Part shown: one piece after another, positions 22,491 to 35,435 of the stretch
Layout: every line of letters begins with the position of its first letter
Numbering within the stretch: position 1 is the first letter of the stretch
Assembly: GCF_004010195.1 (NCBI RefSeq)
Contig: NC_057718.1
Location: 27,175,433-27,216,035 of the forward strand
DNA length: 40,603 bases
DNA from: Chiloscyllium plagiosum
Lineage: Eukaryota
Direction of reading: 5' to 3'
The notes under the pieces: generated by a model
The model's database searches: none
The model's input: the letters and a program-made list of their open reading frames with translations, nothing else
What the model was told of the DNA's origin: nothing
Made by a program: the position numbers and the translations under genes

Positions 22491-22633
22491 CAACTTCAAC
22501 ACCGTTGATGTAGATGGGGGCGGGGGGGGGGGGTGGGCGGGGTGTTCTCCTTCTTTCTTACTGCAACTTCAACACCGTTGATGTAGATGGGGGCGGGGGG
22601 GGGGGGGGGGGGTGTTCTCCTTCTTTCTTACTG
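22491..22633 (+). repeat. Tandem duplication (73 + 70 bp) with long G-runs
   Basis: caacttcaacaccgttgatgtagatgggggc(G)n tgttctccttctttcttactg occurs twice. Confidence 0.9.
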
Positions 22634-22935
22634 AAGTCAATGATCAGTTCTTTTTTTTCTGACATTGAGAGAGAGATTGCTTTCATTGCACCATGACACC
22701 AAGCTCTTTATCTCTTTCTGTATTCTGGTTTGTTGTTGTTAGATATCCCTCCTGCCACAGTGGTGTCATCAGCATACTTGCAGATGGAATTTGACAACAC
22801 AGTTGTAGGTGTATAGGGAGTTCAGCAGGGGGCTGAGGACATGTCCTTAGGGACCTCAGTGTTGAGTGTTAATGTGGAGGAGGTGCGATTGTTCTTCACT
22901 GATTGCAGTCTGTGGGTCAGAAAGCTGAGCATCCT

Positions 22936-23180
22936 TTTAAAAGGACCTAAGGAGCAACTTTATCACACAGAGGGTGGTGCCTGTATGGAATGAAGTGCTA
23001 GAGGAGGTGGAGGAGGCAGATACAATTACAACATTTAAAAGGCATCTAGATGGGTACATGAATCAGAGGGTTTGTAGGGATATGGGCCAAAGGCTGGCAA
23101 ATGGGATTGAATTAATTTAGGATATCTGATTGGCACAATTTGGACCAAAGTGCCTGTTTAGTGCTGTACATTTCAATGAA
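22936..23180 (+). mobile_element. CR1 3' end (continuation of 20648-21672)
   Basis: tttaaaaggacctaagg...cagagggtggtgcctgtatggaatga. Confidence 0.85.
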
Positions 23181-23242
23181 TTGCTGTCTGACTTACCAGT
23201 TCTCCAAAATAGTAGCTGTCTAATTTCCTGGATATTTTGAAT

Positions 23243-23952
23243 CTCCAAATATCTAATCGCCTTTTAAACATTGTAACTGTACCTGCATCCACCACTTCCT
23301 CTGGAAGTTCATTCTACACATAAAACAAAACAGTGCAGCTCTTTGGCCCTCAATGTTGCGCCAACATGAGGAAACAATCTGAAGCCTATCTATTCTACAC
23401 TATTCATTTTCATCCATATGTCTATCCAATGACCATTTAAATGTCATTAAAGTTGGCAAGTCTACTACTGTTGCAGTCAGGCTGTTCCACGTCCCTACTA
23501 CTCTCTGAGTAAAGAAACTACCTCTGACGTCTGTCCTATATCTATCACCCCTCAATTTTAAGCTATGTCCCATCTCACTGTCCACCCTATCTAACCCTCT
23601 GATTATCTTATATTGAACCACTCTCTGTGTAAAAACATTGCCCCTCATGTCTTTCTTAAATCTTTCTCCTCTCACCTCAAAAATATGTCCCCTAGTCTTG
23701 AAATCCCCCATGCTAGGGAAAAGACATCTGGCATTCACCTTATCTATGTCCATCATGATTTAATAAACCTCTATAAAGTCACCCCTCAACCCCCTTACGC
23801 TCCAGTGAAAAAAGTCAAAGCCCATCCAATCTCTCTCTATAACTTAAACATTCCACTCCAGGGAACGTCCTGGTAAATCTCTCCTGAACCCTCTCCATCT
23901 TAATTATATTCTTCCTATAGCAGAAAGACCAGAACTGGACACAACAATCCAG
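23243..23952 (-). mobile_element. Nested CR1 3' fragments (two subfamilies)
   Basis: ORF 23400..23756 shows FTQRVV twice, indicating one CR1 end inserted in another. Confidence 0.85.
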
Positions 23953-24319
23953 ATTGTTTGAGTGTAAATTGAACAAGCTAAATGTATTCAACATTTGCAA
24001 AGTTAATAAAGGGTGAGGATGAAATCAAAAGTTAACTTTCCAAGTAATCAATTATTGACAAGGTAAAGAATCTATGAAGAAATTTGGGAAACTGATAAGA
24101 ATTTTCACTCTCCAAATCTCTCTAGAACCAATGTTCAAACTGTAGGTAAGTTCTAAGAAATAAGCAAATACCACTTACGCCCGTGTTCACTTGTTTTGTT
24201 TTACAACTTAAATATGTTTTTTGCTATACTTTGTTTATGAGATGTGGATATTTTTGACACAGCCTACATTTATTACTCATGCCTAATTACTTGGAAGTTG
24301 AAAGTGTGATAGGGAACTG

Positions 24320-24690
24320 ATAAGGGAATCTTGCAGTATAGAGAAACAATCACTAAAGGCTGTCTCACAGGTTAGAAAGAACTTAAAACAAAACAAACAT
24401 GAGGCTTTATTGCTTGAGAGTGTGAATTGTAAAAGAATTTGTAGTTCACTTTGGATTACATTTAGAATAAATTGTGTAATTGTGGTTGTCATATTGTTAA
24501 AGGAGTAATGAGGCTTTGGAGAGGATGCAGAGAAAAGTAAGGATTATATCAGATATATGTGGGGATATACATTGGAAAAGGATGCACAGACTGAATGTAT
24601 TTTTCTCTTGTAAACAGAAGGCTGAGGAATGACTTAATAGAGGCAATTAAAATAATGAAAAGTTTTGGTTGGCTAGGTACAGAGAGATTA
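24320..24690 (+). mobile_element. Very old CR1 remnant
   Basis: gaggctttggagaggatgcagagaa...gaaggctgaggaatgacttaatagagg. Confidence 0.55.
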
Positions 24691-26689
24691 GACTGAATTC
24701 TCAGTCTAATGCATGGCGTTTCTATGCATTTCCCAGCTGTGCAAACCTGACCTGAGAGATAGTGCAACAGAAATTACAGCTTTCATTCTAAGTGCCCATA
24801 TTCCCTTGGAGTCAGGCTAGGGGACTCTAGAACTCATGTTCAGGATCCCCAAAGTAGAGGAGGATTGGGCAGAAGGCTTGCGTTGGTGATCTAGCAATGT
24901 CTTGAAGTTTTCATTTAAAAGTCCCATAAAACAACACTTCAGCCGTAATTCAATTTCAACAACCTCCCATATTCATCACCTCCCATCCATGACAGGCCTG
25001 TGCCATGTCATGCCTTCCACTCACAGCCATAACCTCTCATACCTCCCATTTCAATCTATATCCCTCTGCCTACCCTATGACCTTTCATAACCTCAATGCC
25101 AATCCTATAAATCTCCACACACTCCCAAAGTCTTTCGTAGCCCATATTCCAAATTAGTGCCAATTTATGTCAACTCATAATACTCCAAGCAACCAGCCTT
25201 TACCCTTTCACCTATCATCAGATTAAATAAAATAAAGTTCTATATTTATTGCAGACTTCAGTTTTGAAGAAAAATACATCATTCATTAAAAAAAAATCAT
25301 TACATTTGTGTATTTACAACTCTTAATCCCTTATTAGAAAAACATTGAATTCGACTGTAATCACAATTAAAAACAAGCTTTGGAATTCACAGTCCCACTT
25401 CAAACAGTTTATTGCCACTTGGAGCTGTCAATTAAACTATAAAATTGCAGGTACCCTACTGTGATAACAGAAAATTGTGAAATCCATCATGTAGCACAAA
25501 TCCAGTAATGGTAACTCACAGGTTTATGTCAACAGACAAATTAAAATTATAAATGAATTTTTCATGGAAAAAGAGTGGAAGTTATGAAATTGCTGACAGC
25601 TGGGCAGTTGCTTTTGATGGGTCCTTTTGGCTCTTTTGACTATTGCTTTGACACTTCTGACAGTTCCAGTAAGGTTGCTAATTCTAATAGGCTTATGCAT
25701 ATTTTATGCACATTCATGTCTGCTTTTAACCATCCTAAAGGACACCTAGCTCTCCCAATGGCACATGATCTCTCCTGAAGGGTACTTTACTTCTCTCCTT
25801 GCAAGATGTGTGCAAGGACTGTATCCAAAGGATATATTTCCTCTCTATACCAGCTCTCTAACATCGTGTTACCAGATAGGGGGTTTCAAGATTTTAAACC
25901 CAGCAACAATGAAGTAATATACTTTCCAGTGAAGTAATATATTTTCTAATTGGAATTATGCTATTTGGAAGGCATTATTTATATTGTTTCCATCTAACTC
26001 AGATGAGGAAGGAATGGGTCAGATTATAGGGAGTGGTTGGGTCAGGATCTGGGAGTGGTGTAGGTGGTTTGGGGAGATGTAGTTGGGTGTGTGTAAGGAG
26101 GAAGGGATCATTATTAGACTATATTAGTAGTTTAAATTTTCCTGAGTAAATATCTTACTTAATTTCATTGGAGCCCCCAAAGTCTCATTCAAATTTAAAT
26201 GGAGATTTTCAAAGGGTTTGAAGTGTAGGAAAATCGCCCAGCAGCAAATTCAATTTCCTGGGCAATTTCTTCGGAATATATTGCGATGGCAATCCTACAA
26301 GGATCCTATGAGCAATGCCCATCCAGGCTGGAATAACTGGACTATCTGGTCACTGAATAATCTGGGCTGATGCTCTCCCTCACCTTAACACACATAATAT
26401 AGAAATAGAGATTTATTGTAAAGTTACACATCAATCCTCCACTTTAGAACATAAGTTCTCAAACAATAATAATACATTATGAAACTTCATCAAACATTAT
26501 TTTTCTTTTAATAAGGGAACAAAATGCACACAATATTTGGTGCAGTCTCATTGAAATTTTGCACAATTAAAGCAAAGCATTTTTATTTCCATTCTCAAAT
26601 TCTCTTCATTAAGACCAATTTACCATTTACTGTCCTAATTGCTTGCTGCATGTACATGTTAATATGCTATTTATCAAGAATTAATAGCC

Positions 26690-27712
26690 TTGAAAATGTC
26701 CATATCACAGAAGAGGACACCTTAAAATACAAAGGTGGATAAATCCCCAGGATCTGATCAGGCATACCTCAAAACTTTGTGGGAAGCTAGAGAAGAGATT
26801 GCTGGGCCCCTTGCTGAGATATTTGTATCATCGATAGCCATGGGTGCAGTGCCAGAAGACTGGCGGATGGCAAATGTGGTGTCATTATTTAAGGAATGTG
26901 GTAAGGAAAAGCCAAGAAACTGTAGACCGGTGAGCTTGACAGCAGTAACGGGTAGTTGCTGGAGGGGCTTCTGAGGGATAGGATTTAGATGCATTTGGAA
27001 AGGCAAGGACTGATCAGGAATAGTTAATATGGCTTTGTGTGTGAGAAATCATGTCTCACTAACTTGATTAAGTTTTTTGAACAAGTGCAAAAGAAGATTG
27101 ATGAATGCAGAGTGATAGATGTTGTCCATATGGACTTAGCAAGGCGTTCAATAAAGTTCTGCATGATAGCCTGGTTAGTAAGGTTAGATCATGGAATCCA
27201 GAGAGAGCTTGCCACTTGGATACAAAATTGCCGTGAAGCTACAAGTCACAGGGTGGTGGTGGAGGGTTGTGTTTCAGACTGGAGGCCTGTGAACCAGTGG
27301 TGTGCTGCAAGGATCTATATTGGATCCACTGCTTTTCGTCATACATATAAATAATTTGGATGTGAATATAAGAGGATTGGTTAGTAAATTGGCAGATGAC
27401 ACCAAAATTGGTGATGTTGTGGACAACAAAGAAGGTTACCTCAAAGAACAAGGGATCATGATCAGATGGGCCAATGGGCCTAGGAGTGGCAGATGGAGTT
27501 TAATCTAGATAACTGTGAGGTGTTATATTTTGGTAAGGCAAATCAGGATAGAAATGTACAGTTAATGTTAGGGCCCTGGGAAATGTTGCCAAAAAAAGGG
27601 ACCTAGGGGTACAGATGTGTAGTTCCTCAAAAATGGAGTCGCGGGTAGACAGTGTGGTAAAGGAGGCATTTGGCACACATGCCTTCATTGGTCACTGCAT
27701 CGATTATAGGAG
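26690..27712 (+). mobile_element. CR1 ORF2 RT region, truncated
   Basis: DKSPGSD..VPEDWRMANVVSLFK..NCRPVSLT; QGSILDPLLFVIHINNLD; LADDTKIG. Confidence 0.92.
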
Positions 27713-27821
27713 CTTATACACATCCAAATTATTTATATGAATGACAAAAAGCAGTTATTTCTACTAATTCTACTAACTTAGTTTGTACTTTTGAAATCTT
27801 TTAAAAAATGAATTGTTCCAG

Positions 27822-27907
27822 TTTAAAACGGGAACTTCATGAATTCGCCACGATATGGATTTATGCATTTGTGGATCAATTTAAACCTGTCGAAAATGAT
27901 ACACAAG
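27822..27907 (+). CDS. Candidate coding exon of an unidentified host gene (LKRELHEFATIWIYAFVDQFKPVENDTQ)
   Basis: TACTAAC branch-like motif at 27771-27777, ttgttccag acceptor, AAG|GTAACA donor, one open frame (phase 2 to phase 1), CpGs retained. Confidence 0.5.
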
Positions 27908-28076
27908 GTAACAAGTACTATTTTGTGAGATGTATCTAATTCATGACAAAGGACACCATTTTATGAGCAGTTGCATTATTTCCACTCTCAATAAGATATC
28001 CATGACAAAACAATCTCTATTGGTCTAAATTTGAAATATGGAATATGATCATTTCCTTTCTTATAAATTTATGCAG

Positions 28077-28137
28077 GTCTGAAGGGAAACTTCTTCATGC
28101 AGACATTGGAGGGAACTGATCTGATGCATTCACATAG
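28077..28137 (+). CDS. Candidate next exon (GLKGNFFMQTLEGTDLMHSH)
   Basis: atttcctttcttataaatttatgcag acceptor, in frame with the previous exon over a 169-nt intron. Ends at a weak AG|GTAGCA donor or at TAG 28139-28141. Confidence 0.45.
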
Positions 28138-29099
28138 GTAGCAGTATGAAATTTTTAATATGGGTTACCTGAGAGTGAACCACACAATCCCAATTAAGTC
28201 TTCAAGTATGGCAGAAACCTTCAGGAACAGTTGTGGGCAGCATTCCAGAAGTACAGGTAGCTCTGAGAGAACCTCTTTGTAGTGTTCTGTTATCTCAGAA
28301 ATCTTGTGGATAGTAACATTCATAGCTATAGTGTATTCTAAATGTCAGTTAAGGATTCCTCTGAATTTATCTGCTATCTCTAACACGTAGAGTTTTCACA
28401 ACTGCTGGCATATGATATCTAAGTTCCTAAATCATGGCTATTTTGAAGTTCGTTTTCCTGATGTTTGTTTCATTGAGTTTCCATTCTCCATCATTTCCGC
28501 ACAAAAGAGGTAACTGTTTCCTCATGCTTACTTGTCAGCTCCCCCTGCTGACTGGTGCTCTGTACTTCACTGCTATTTCCAACCTCCTTGTGCTTAAATA
28601 TTTCAGTAATAAACCATTTGTCTGTGAATCAGGTGTGAGATTGAGTACTGCAGATTTGCCAGGTCACTCATTAGTTCCTTTTCTTCCTTAAGCATCCAGT
28701 CACCTGTGAGATTACAGCGCTCATTCATTTTCTTAAGGTGCATACTTACTTGTGATTAGAAGAAATGAGTAGACAATGATTGTTAGCAGGAGATCAATGT
28801 ATCTTCAACAGACTATAAGCACTGACATTATTGTAGTCAGTTCATGCCATTACTAACCTGAACCGGATTGCCTTTCCCTAGCCTCATCAAACTTGCGGTG
28901 TTTGGTTTCCTCCTTAAGAGTCCAATGATTACTTGCCCTCTGTCTGTGATATTTCAAAATTATTGACTTGTACAATGTTTTCCTTTATCAATAGTTTTAT
29001 CATTAGCTCAACACATAACGATATCTAAGAATTTGTAAACATTTCATTAATTTAATGTTTAGTTGGACATTCTGATCGCATTTTGCTTGGTTCAAGCAG

Positions 29100-30665
29100 A
29101 ATGCCAGCAGTACAGTGACACCCAACAGCCCGGGATGCGCCTGTTCCCTCCATCACCACTGCACATGTCAGGTCAGTCTTCCTCAGAATCAACCCAAGGA
29201 AAGCGATGGGCTCAGATGGAGTCCCCAGCTATGCACTTAGATCTTGTGCAGACCAGTTGGCAGAGCTATTCACTGACATCTTCAACCTTTCTGTCTTACA
29301 AGCCAAAGTTCCCACCTGCTTCAAGAAGACCATCATCATCCCACTACCAAAGAAAGCACATGCAACATGCCTTAATGATTACCACCCAATGGCTCTGACC
29401 TCCATAATCATGAAGTGCTTCAAGAGGCTGGTTACAGTCACATTAACTCTATCCTCCCAGCCTGCCTCGAGCCCCTACAATTTGCCTACTGACATAACAC
29501 TTCCACATTTTCATTTCCCTAGCCTTGTACTTATCTCGTAACATCTGGACAATAAGGAAACCTACGTCAGCCTCCTACTCATTGACTGCAGCTTCAATAC
29601 CCTTCAAACTGATCTCAAAACTCAGAGACCTAGGTATTGGCTCCACCCTCTGCATCTGGATCCTCAGCTTCCTGAACCGTAGACCATAATCAGTGAAGAT
29701 AGACAACAGCACCTCCTCCATGATAACCCTCATCACTGGAGTCCCCCAATGATGTGTTCTCAGCCCTCTACTGTACTCCCTGTACACCCACAACTCTGTA
29801 GCCATATTCTGAATGAACACCATCTACAAGCTTGCTGATGACACCACCAAGGTAGGAGGAATGTCTAACAATGATGAATACAGGAAGGGGATAAAGGGCT
29901 AACAATCTCTCTCTCAGTGTCAGCAAAACTAAAGAATTGATCATTGACTTTAGAAAGAAAGAAGGATGACATATCCCCCCCCTAAAAAACAAATCAGCAG
30001 AGCGGAGGTAGAGAGGAGGTGTCCTAGGAGTGACAACAACCAACAACCTGTCCTGACCTCCCACATCGATACAACAGTTAATAAGGCACAACAACGCCTC
30101 TTGTTCCTCTGGCAGCTTAGGAAATTCAGCATGTCCATTAGGACCCTCACCAACTCTTACAGTTGCAGCATAGAAAGCATACTGACTGGGTACATAATGA
30201 CTTGGTATGGCAACTGCTCTGCCCAGGACCATAAGAAGCTACAGAAGGTTGTGAACACAACCCACACCATCATGGAAGTTAACTCCCCCATCCATGGACT
30301 CCATTTAGTCTCTTTGTTGCCTTGGAAAGGTTGCCAACATCATCAGAGACCCCTCCCACTCCAATAATGCTCTCTTCCATCCTCTTCCTTCATGCAGAAG
30401 ATACAGAAATTTGAACACACAAACCAACAGGTTCAAGAACAGTTTCTTCCCTGCCAATATTAGACAGGTGAATGGACTTTCTAACTTCAAATAATGTCGA
30501 TCTTGCTAATGTTGATCTTGTTTTGTTCACCTCCTCTGCAGGATAACTTATATACCTTGCTCTGTCTATGATCTGTAAGTCCTTGTTTGTTATGATCTGC
30601 CTGTACTACTCGCAGTACATTTCACTGGACTTAGGTACATGCGACTACAATAAACCAAAAAAAAA
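29100..30665 (+). mobile_element. Rex1/Babar LINE RT region to 3' end
   Basis: LRSCADQLAELFTDIFNLS..VPTCFKKTIIIPLPKK..CLNDYHPMALTSIIMKCF; LADDTT; KAQQRLLFL..WYGNCSAQD. Confidence 0.92.
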
Positions 30666-30727
30666 TTTTAAGTACTTAAACTTCCGGGTCGCTTTCTGAT
30701 CCACTCTTAGCAATTTACATTCCCAAT

Positions 30728-32313
30728 CAACAAAACGTTCAACAACGTTCTGCATGGTAGACTGGTTAACAATATTAGATCACATGAAATACAGGGAGAA
30801 CTACCATTTGAATACAAAATTGGCTCGAAGGTAGAACACAGAGGGTGGTGGTGGAGGGATGCTTTTTGGACTGGAGCCCTGTGAACAGTGGAGTGCCACA
30901 AGGTTCAGTGCTGGGTCCACTGCTTTTTGTCACCTCTGTAAATGATTTGGATGTGAATATAGGAGATATGGTCAGTAAATTTGCAAATGACACCAAAATT
31001 GGAGGTGTAGTGGATAGCAAAGAAAGTTACCTCAGAGTACAACAGGACCTTGATCAGATGGGCCAATGGGCCAACGAGTGGCAGATGGAGTTTAATCTAG
31101 ATAAATGTGAGGTGCTACATTTGGTAGGGCAAACCAGGACATGACTTATACACTTAAGGTTAAGGTCCTGCGGAATGTTGTCAAACAAAGGGACCTAGGG
31201 ATGCAGGTTCACAGTTCCTTGAAAGTGAAGTTGCAGGTAGACAGGGTAGTGAAGAAGGCGTTTGGTCTACTTGCTATTATTGGTCGGTGCATTGAGTATA
31301 GAGGTAGGGAGGTCATGTTGCAACTATACAGGACATTGGTTTGGCCACCTTTGGAATACTGCATTCAATTCTGGTCTCCTTCCTATCAGAAGGATTTTGG
31401 TAAAACTTGAAAGGGTTCAGAAAAGATTTACAAGGATGTTGGCAGGGTTGGAGGGTTTGAGCTATAGGGAGAGGCTGAATAGGCTGGGGCTATTTTCTCT
31501 GGAGCATCAGAGACTGAGGGGTAACTTATAGATGTTATAGACATTATAAATCATGAGGGGCATGGATAGGGAGAATAGTCAATAGTTGAGAGTGTCGAGA
31601 GCAAACAATTCCTAGAAGTGATGATAACCAACAAACTGTCCTGGACCTCCCATATAGATGCAACAGTCAAGAAAGCACAACAACACCTCTTCTTCCTCAG
31701 GTGACTCAAGAAATTTGGAATGTCCATAAGGACTCTCACTAACTTCGACAAAGGCACCATTAAAAGTGTACTGTCCAGGTGCATAATGGGTTTGGTATAG
31801 CAACCGCTCTGCCCAGGACCATAAGAAACTACAGAAGGTTATGTGCATAGCCCAGGCTATCACGGAAGCTAACCTTCCACCCATGGACTCCATTTTCACA
31901 GCTCATTGCTGTGGAGAGGCTTCCAACATCATCAAAAACCCCTCCCACCTTGGTAATGCTCTCCTACATCCTCTTTGGTCAGGCAGAAGATATAAAAGGA
32001 CTCTCCAGGTAAAGAAGTCCAAAACTAGAGGGCATAGGTTTAGGGTGAGAGGGGAAAGATATAAAAGGGACCTAAGGGGCAACAGTTTCATGCAGAGGGT
32101 GATGGGTGTATGGAATGAGCTGCCAGAGGAAATGGTGGAGGCTGGTACAATTACAACATTTAAAAGGCATCTAGATGAGTATGTGAATAGGAAGAGTTTA
32201 GAGGGATTTGGGCCAAATGCTGGCAAATGGGACTAGATTAATTTAGGATATCTGGTCGGCATGGACTAGTTGGACCAAAGGGTCTGTTTCAGTGCTATAT
32301 GACTCCATGACTC
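30728..32313 (+). mobile_element. CR1 RT-to-3' end, interrupted by a Rex1 fragment
   Basis: SGVPQGSVLGPLLF..FANDTKIGG. Resumes near 32000 with SKTRGHRFRVRGERYK. Tail tatgactccatgactc. Confidence 0.92.
31583..31998 (+). mobile_element. Rex1/Babar fragment nested in CR1
   Basis: KLSWTSHIDATVKKAQQHLFFL; NIIKNPSHLGNALLHPLWSGRRY. Confidence 0.85.
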
Positions 32314-32585
32314 CTCTAGTATACTTGCTGTCAATTTTCTTTCCTTGGATTAATACATTTATCTGCATTAAAATGTACTCTACCATTGTTCAGCTCATTT
32401 CCTTATTCCAATTCTATGTTCTGTGGTTTCTGGGTTGCAGCTGTCAATTCAAATGCTTCTTTTAATGTTATATAATGTGCTGATTAAAAGACAAAGTTAT
32501 TTAGATTCTTCACTAACAAATCAGGAGTTACTGGGGAGAGGGGATGGGAATGTAGATTTGAGGCCATGTGTGGTGGACTGAACTC

Positions 32586-33806
32586 CATCAACGGTGACCG
32601 ACTCAACATGGACATCTTCTACAAACCCACCGATTCCCACAGATACCTGACTACAGCTCCTCCCACCCTGCCTTCTATAAAAACGCTATCCCTTCTTCCC
32701 AATTCCTCCGCCTCCACTACATCTGCTCCCAGGAGGACCAGTTCCAACACAGAACACACCAGATGGCCTCCTTCTTCAAAGACCGCAGTGGCCCCCCCTC
32801 CCACCAAACGTGGTTGATGATGCCCTCCAGCACATCTTATCCACTTCCTGCACCTCCGCCCTTGAACCCCACCCCTTCAACTGCAACAAGGACAGAAACC
32901 CCCGGTCCCAACTTCCACCCCACCAACCTCCGTATATATCACACCATCCTCCGCCATTTCCGCCACCTACAAACGGACCAAACCACCAGAGATATGTTTC
33001 TCTCCCCATTCCATCCGCTTTCCATAAAGACCATTCCCTCTGCGACTCTCTTGTAAGGCCTTGCCACTGCAGAATTATAAAACTTGCGCCCACCCCTCCC
33101 CCCTCACCTCTGTCCAAAGGAGCCTTCCACATCCATCAGACATTTACTTGCACTTCCACATGTGTCATTTATTGTATCCGTTGTTCCCGATGGGGTCTCC
33201 ACTACATTGGAGAGACAGGACGCCTACTCGCAGACCACTTCAGAGGACATCTCAGGGACACCCGCATCAACCAATCCCAGCACCCAGTGGCCAAACACTT
33301 CAACTCCCCCTCCCACTTTGCTGAGGACATGCAGGCCCTGGGCCTCCTCCATTGCCACACCCTAACCACCCGACGCCTGGAGGAAGAATGCTTCATCTTC
33401 TGCCTCGGGACCCTCCAATCCCATGAATCAATGTGGATTTCACTGGTTTCCTCATTTCCCCTCCCCCACCTCATCCCAGATCCAACCTTCCAACTCTGCA
33501 CCGTCCTCATGACCTGTCCTCCCTGTCCATCTTCCTTCGCAACCATCCGCTCCACCCTCCTCTCCGACCTATCACCATTACCTCCACCTCCATCTACTTA
33601 TCACACACTCAGCGACCTTCCCAGCAGACCCAGCTGCCTCCCAGTTATCTCTCCACCCCTCTCAGTTTACAAGCCTCATTCGTGATGAAGAGCTCTTGCC
33701 TGAAACTTGATTCTCCTGCTCCTTGGATACTGCCTGACCTGCTGTGCTTTTCCAGCACCACACTCTCACTCTGATCTCCAGCATCTGCAGTCCTCACTTT
33801 CTCCCT
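32586..33806 (+). mobile_element. Penelope-like element 3' part (RT thumb, GIY-YIG endonuclease, pLTR) inserted in a CR1 tail
   Basis: DIFYKPTDSHRYL; FTCTSTCVIYCIRCSRWGLHYIGETGR..HFN (GIY-YIG). pLTR with degenerate hammerhead at 33678-33713. CR1 tail pieces at 32521-32585 and 33807-33850. Confidence 0.92.
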
Positions 33807-34609
33807 CAAAGGGTCAAATGGCCTACTCCTGCTTCTAATCCATATATCTGTATTTGGACTGATTATCAGAAACCAAGTATACAAGTTAAATACGGAACAT
33901 TATTGATCCCAACTATGAGGCTTGAGGTTCCTTGATTTTGCCCTGTTAATTAATATTTCTTGTTGTTATTTTCAACTACACTCTGCTCAGCCACCATTTA
34001 GCCATTCTCCAAGTGGAATTTTATACAAATCCTCTTGCAGCGTAAGCATGCTCGATCTGAGGATGAAAGGCAATCCAACTTGTCACATCCACAAATAACC
34101 AGAATTGGTCTGAGGGTATCTTTCCTATCTAAAGCTTTGCTCATTGATGCTCAGTTAGCAGTGCTCTTGCCAATATGTCAGCAAGCTGTGGGCAGAATTT
34201 CCTGCCCCATGTGGTGAAGATAATGGTGGGTATGGAGACAAAATAGGGTGAGAATGAGAGAAACAAAGTCTCAACATTGAATGGAATGTTCCCGATTTTC
34301 CCAAGTCTTAAATGGTGATTTCAGAACTTTGTTCGTGAATGGCGACTATTTTAGTTCCATGCTTTTACATCTCATTAAAACCCCAGCTCATCATATATCA
34401 ATCCCGCTTTCAATTCTCTTTTCCCCCAACAAGACACCAGATGGCACAAACTTCCAACAGGTGAAACAGAGTGGGTACCTGGGAGCAGCAACTTGCCGTA
34501 TGCCCATCCCATTCATTTTACCAATCCAAACAGGTGCTTTAGCCATCCAAATTAGTTTATGAAGCTCAGAGCTGTACTTAACAGGCTTAATGTGCAGACT
34601 CAGTACAGA

Positions 34610-34716
34610 GGGAAAAGGGGTTTGGGTCGGTAACTCTTTGGAGGGTCGGTGTGGACTTGTTGGGCCGAAGGGCCTGTTTCCACACTGTAGAGAATCTAAT
34701 TTAATCTAATCTAATC
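34610..34716 (+). mobile_element. 5'-truncated HE1-type SINE
   Basis: cggtgtggacttgttgggccgaagggcctgtttccacactgta followed by (aatct)n, as at 18189-18254. Confidence 0.85.
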
Positions 34717-35435
34717 ATGATACAAGAATGCTAAAATCCCACTTCAGTGGAGATAGCTGGTGATTCTCCTGCTCCCACAGAAAAGAAAAATGCTCTGCTC
34801 GGGAATAGGAATTCTGATTTTTTTCTCACTTCCACCATTTTTGCTAAAATGGTCGAATCTCTTTAGTGGTGAAAATCCAATGGATGGATAAACTGCTGTT
34901 GCCAGTTTTACATTCCTGCTAAAATTGGAACTTACCATTTTTGATTTGATAATTAATATCCTTTGAAGCAAATAAAATGCTTTACTATGTTGGCTAAAGA
35001 ACCTGTCAGAACCTTATGGTAAAGACCTCATCTACTGGGACTGATCTGCTCATTTTACTTTATGGCTGTGTGCAGACTTTGTCTGAATTTAATGTATTCT
35101 GCATAGAACCTGATGATAGCAAGGCCCACATTGGTTGGGATTGTGTCCCCATATAAAGGTTCTAAAACGCACATTGCAAACTAAGCCCATGAGTTTAGAA
35201 TCTCTCAAAATCAAATTTGTTACCTCTGATCTACAGAATTAGCGCATCTGCTAGTTTCAATCAAAGAGAAATTTAGAGATCTACCTGTCACTTCATCAAT
35301 GTTACTGAATGTTATGATAATTTTTAGAAAGTGTTCTTAGTGTTTTCCAGTCTGATTCCCAGTCTGATTTGAACACTCATGGTTTTTTGTTGTTATATGT
35401 ACCGAGATACAGTGAAAGGTGGTGTTTTATGTGCT

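Larger units (their letters stand above)
21673..22935 (-). mobile_element. Rex1/Babar LINE 3' part nested in CR1
   Basis: Minus-strand ORFs give NLSWISHVNATVKKAQQCLFFL and RRKAANIIKDTS..LLSGRRYRS. YADD motif is the reverse complement of gtcatcagcata near 22764-22775. Confidence 0.88.

Noticed and set aside
32810..33685. 291-aa ORF as a novel GIY-YIG nuclease gene
   Set aside because: It is a chimera of frameshifted Penelope sequence. Only the middle is the true endonuclease frame.
34936..34960. 25-nt minus-strand microexon with GTAAGT donor
   Set aside because: AAG acceptor, no partner exon, and such motifs are expected by chance in 40 kb.
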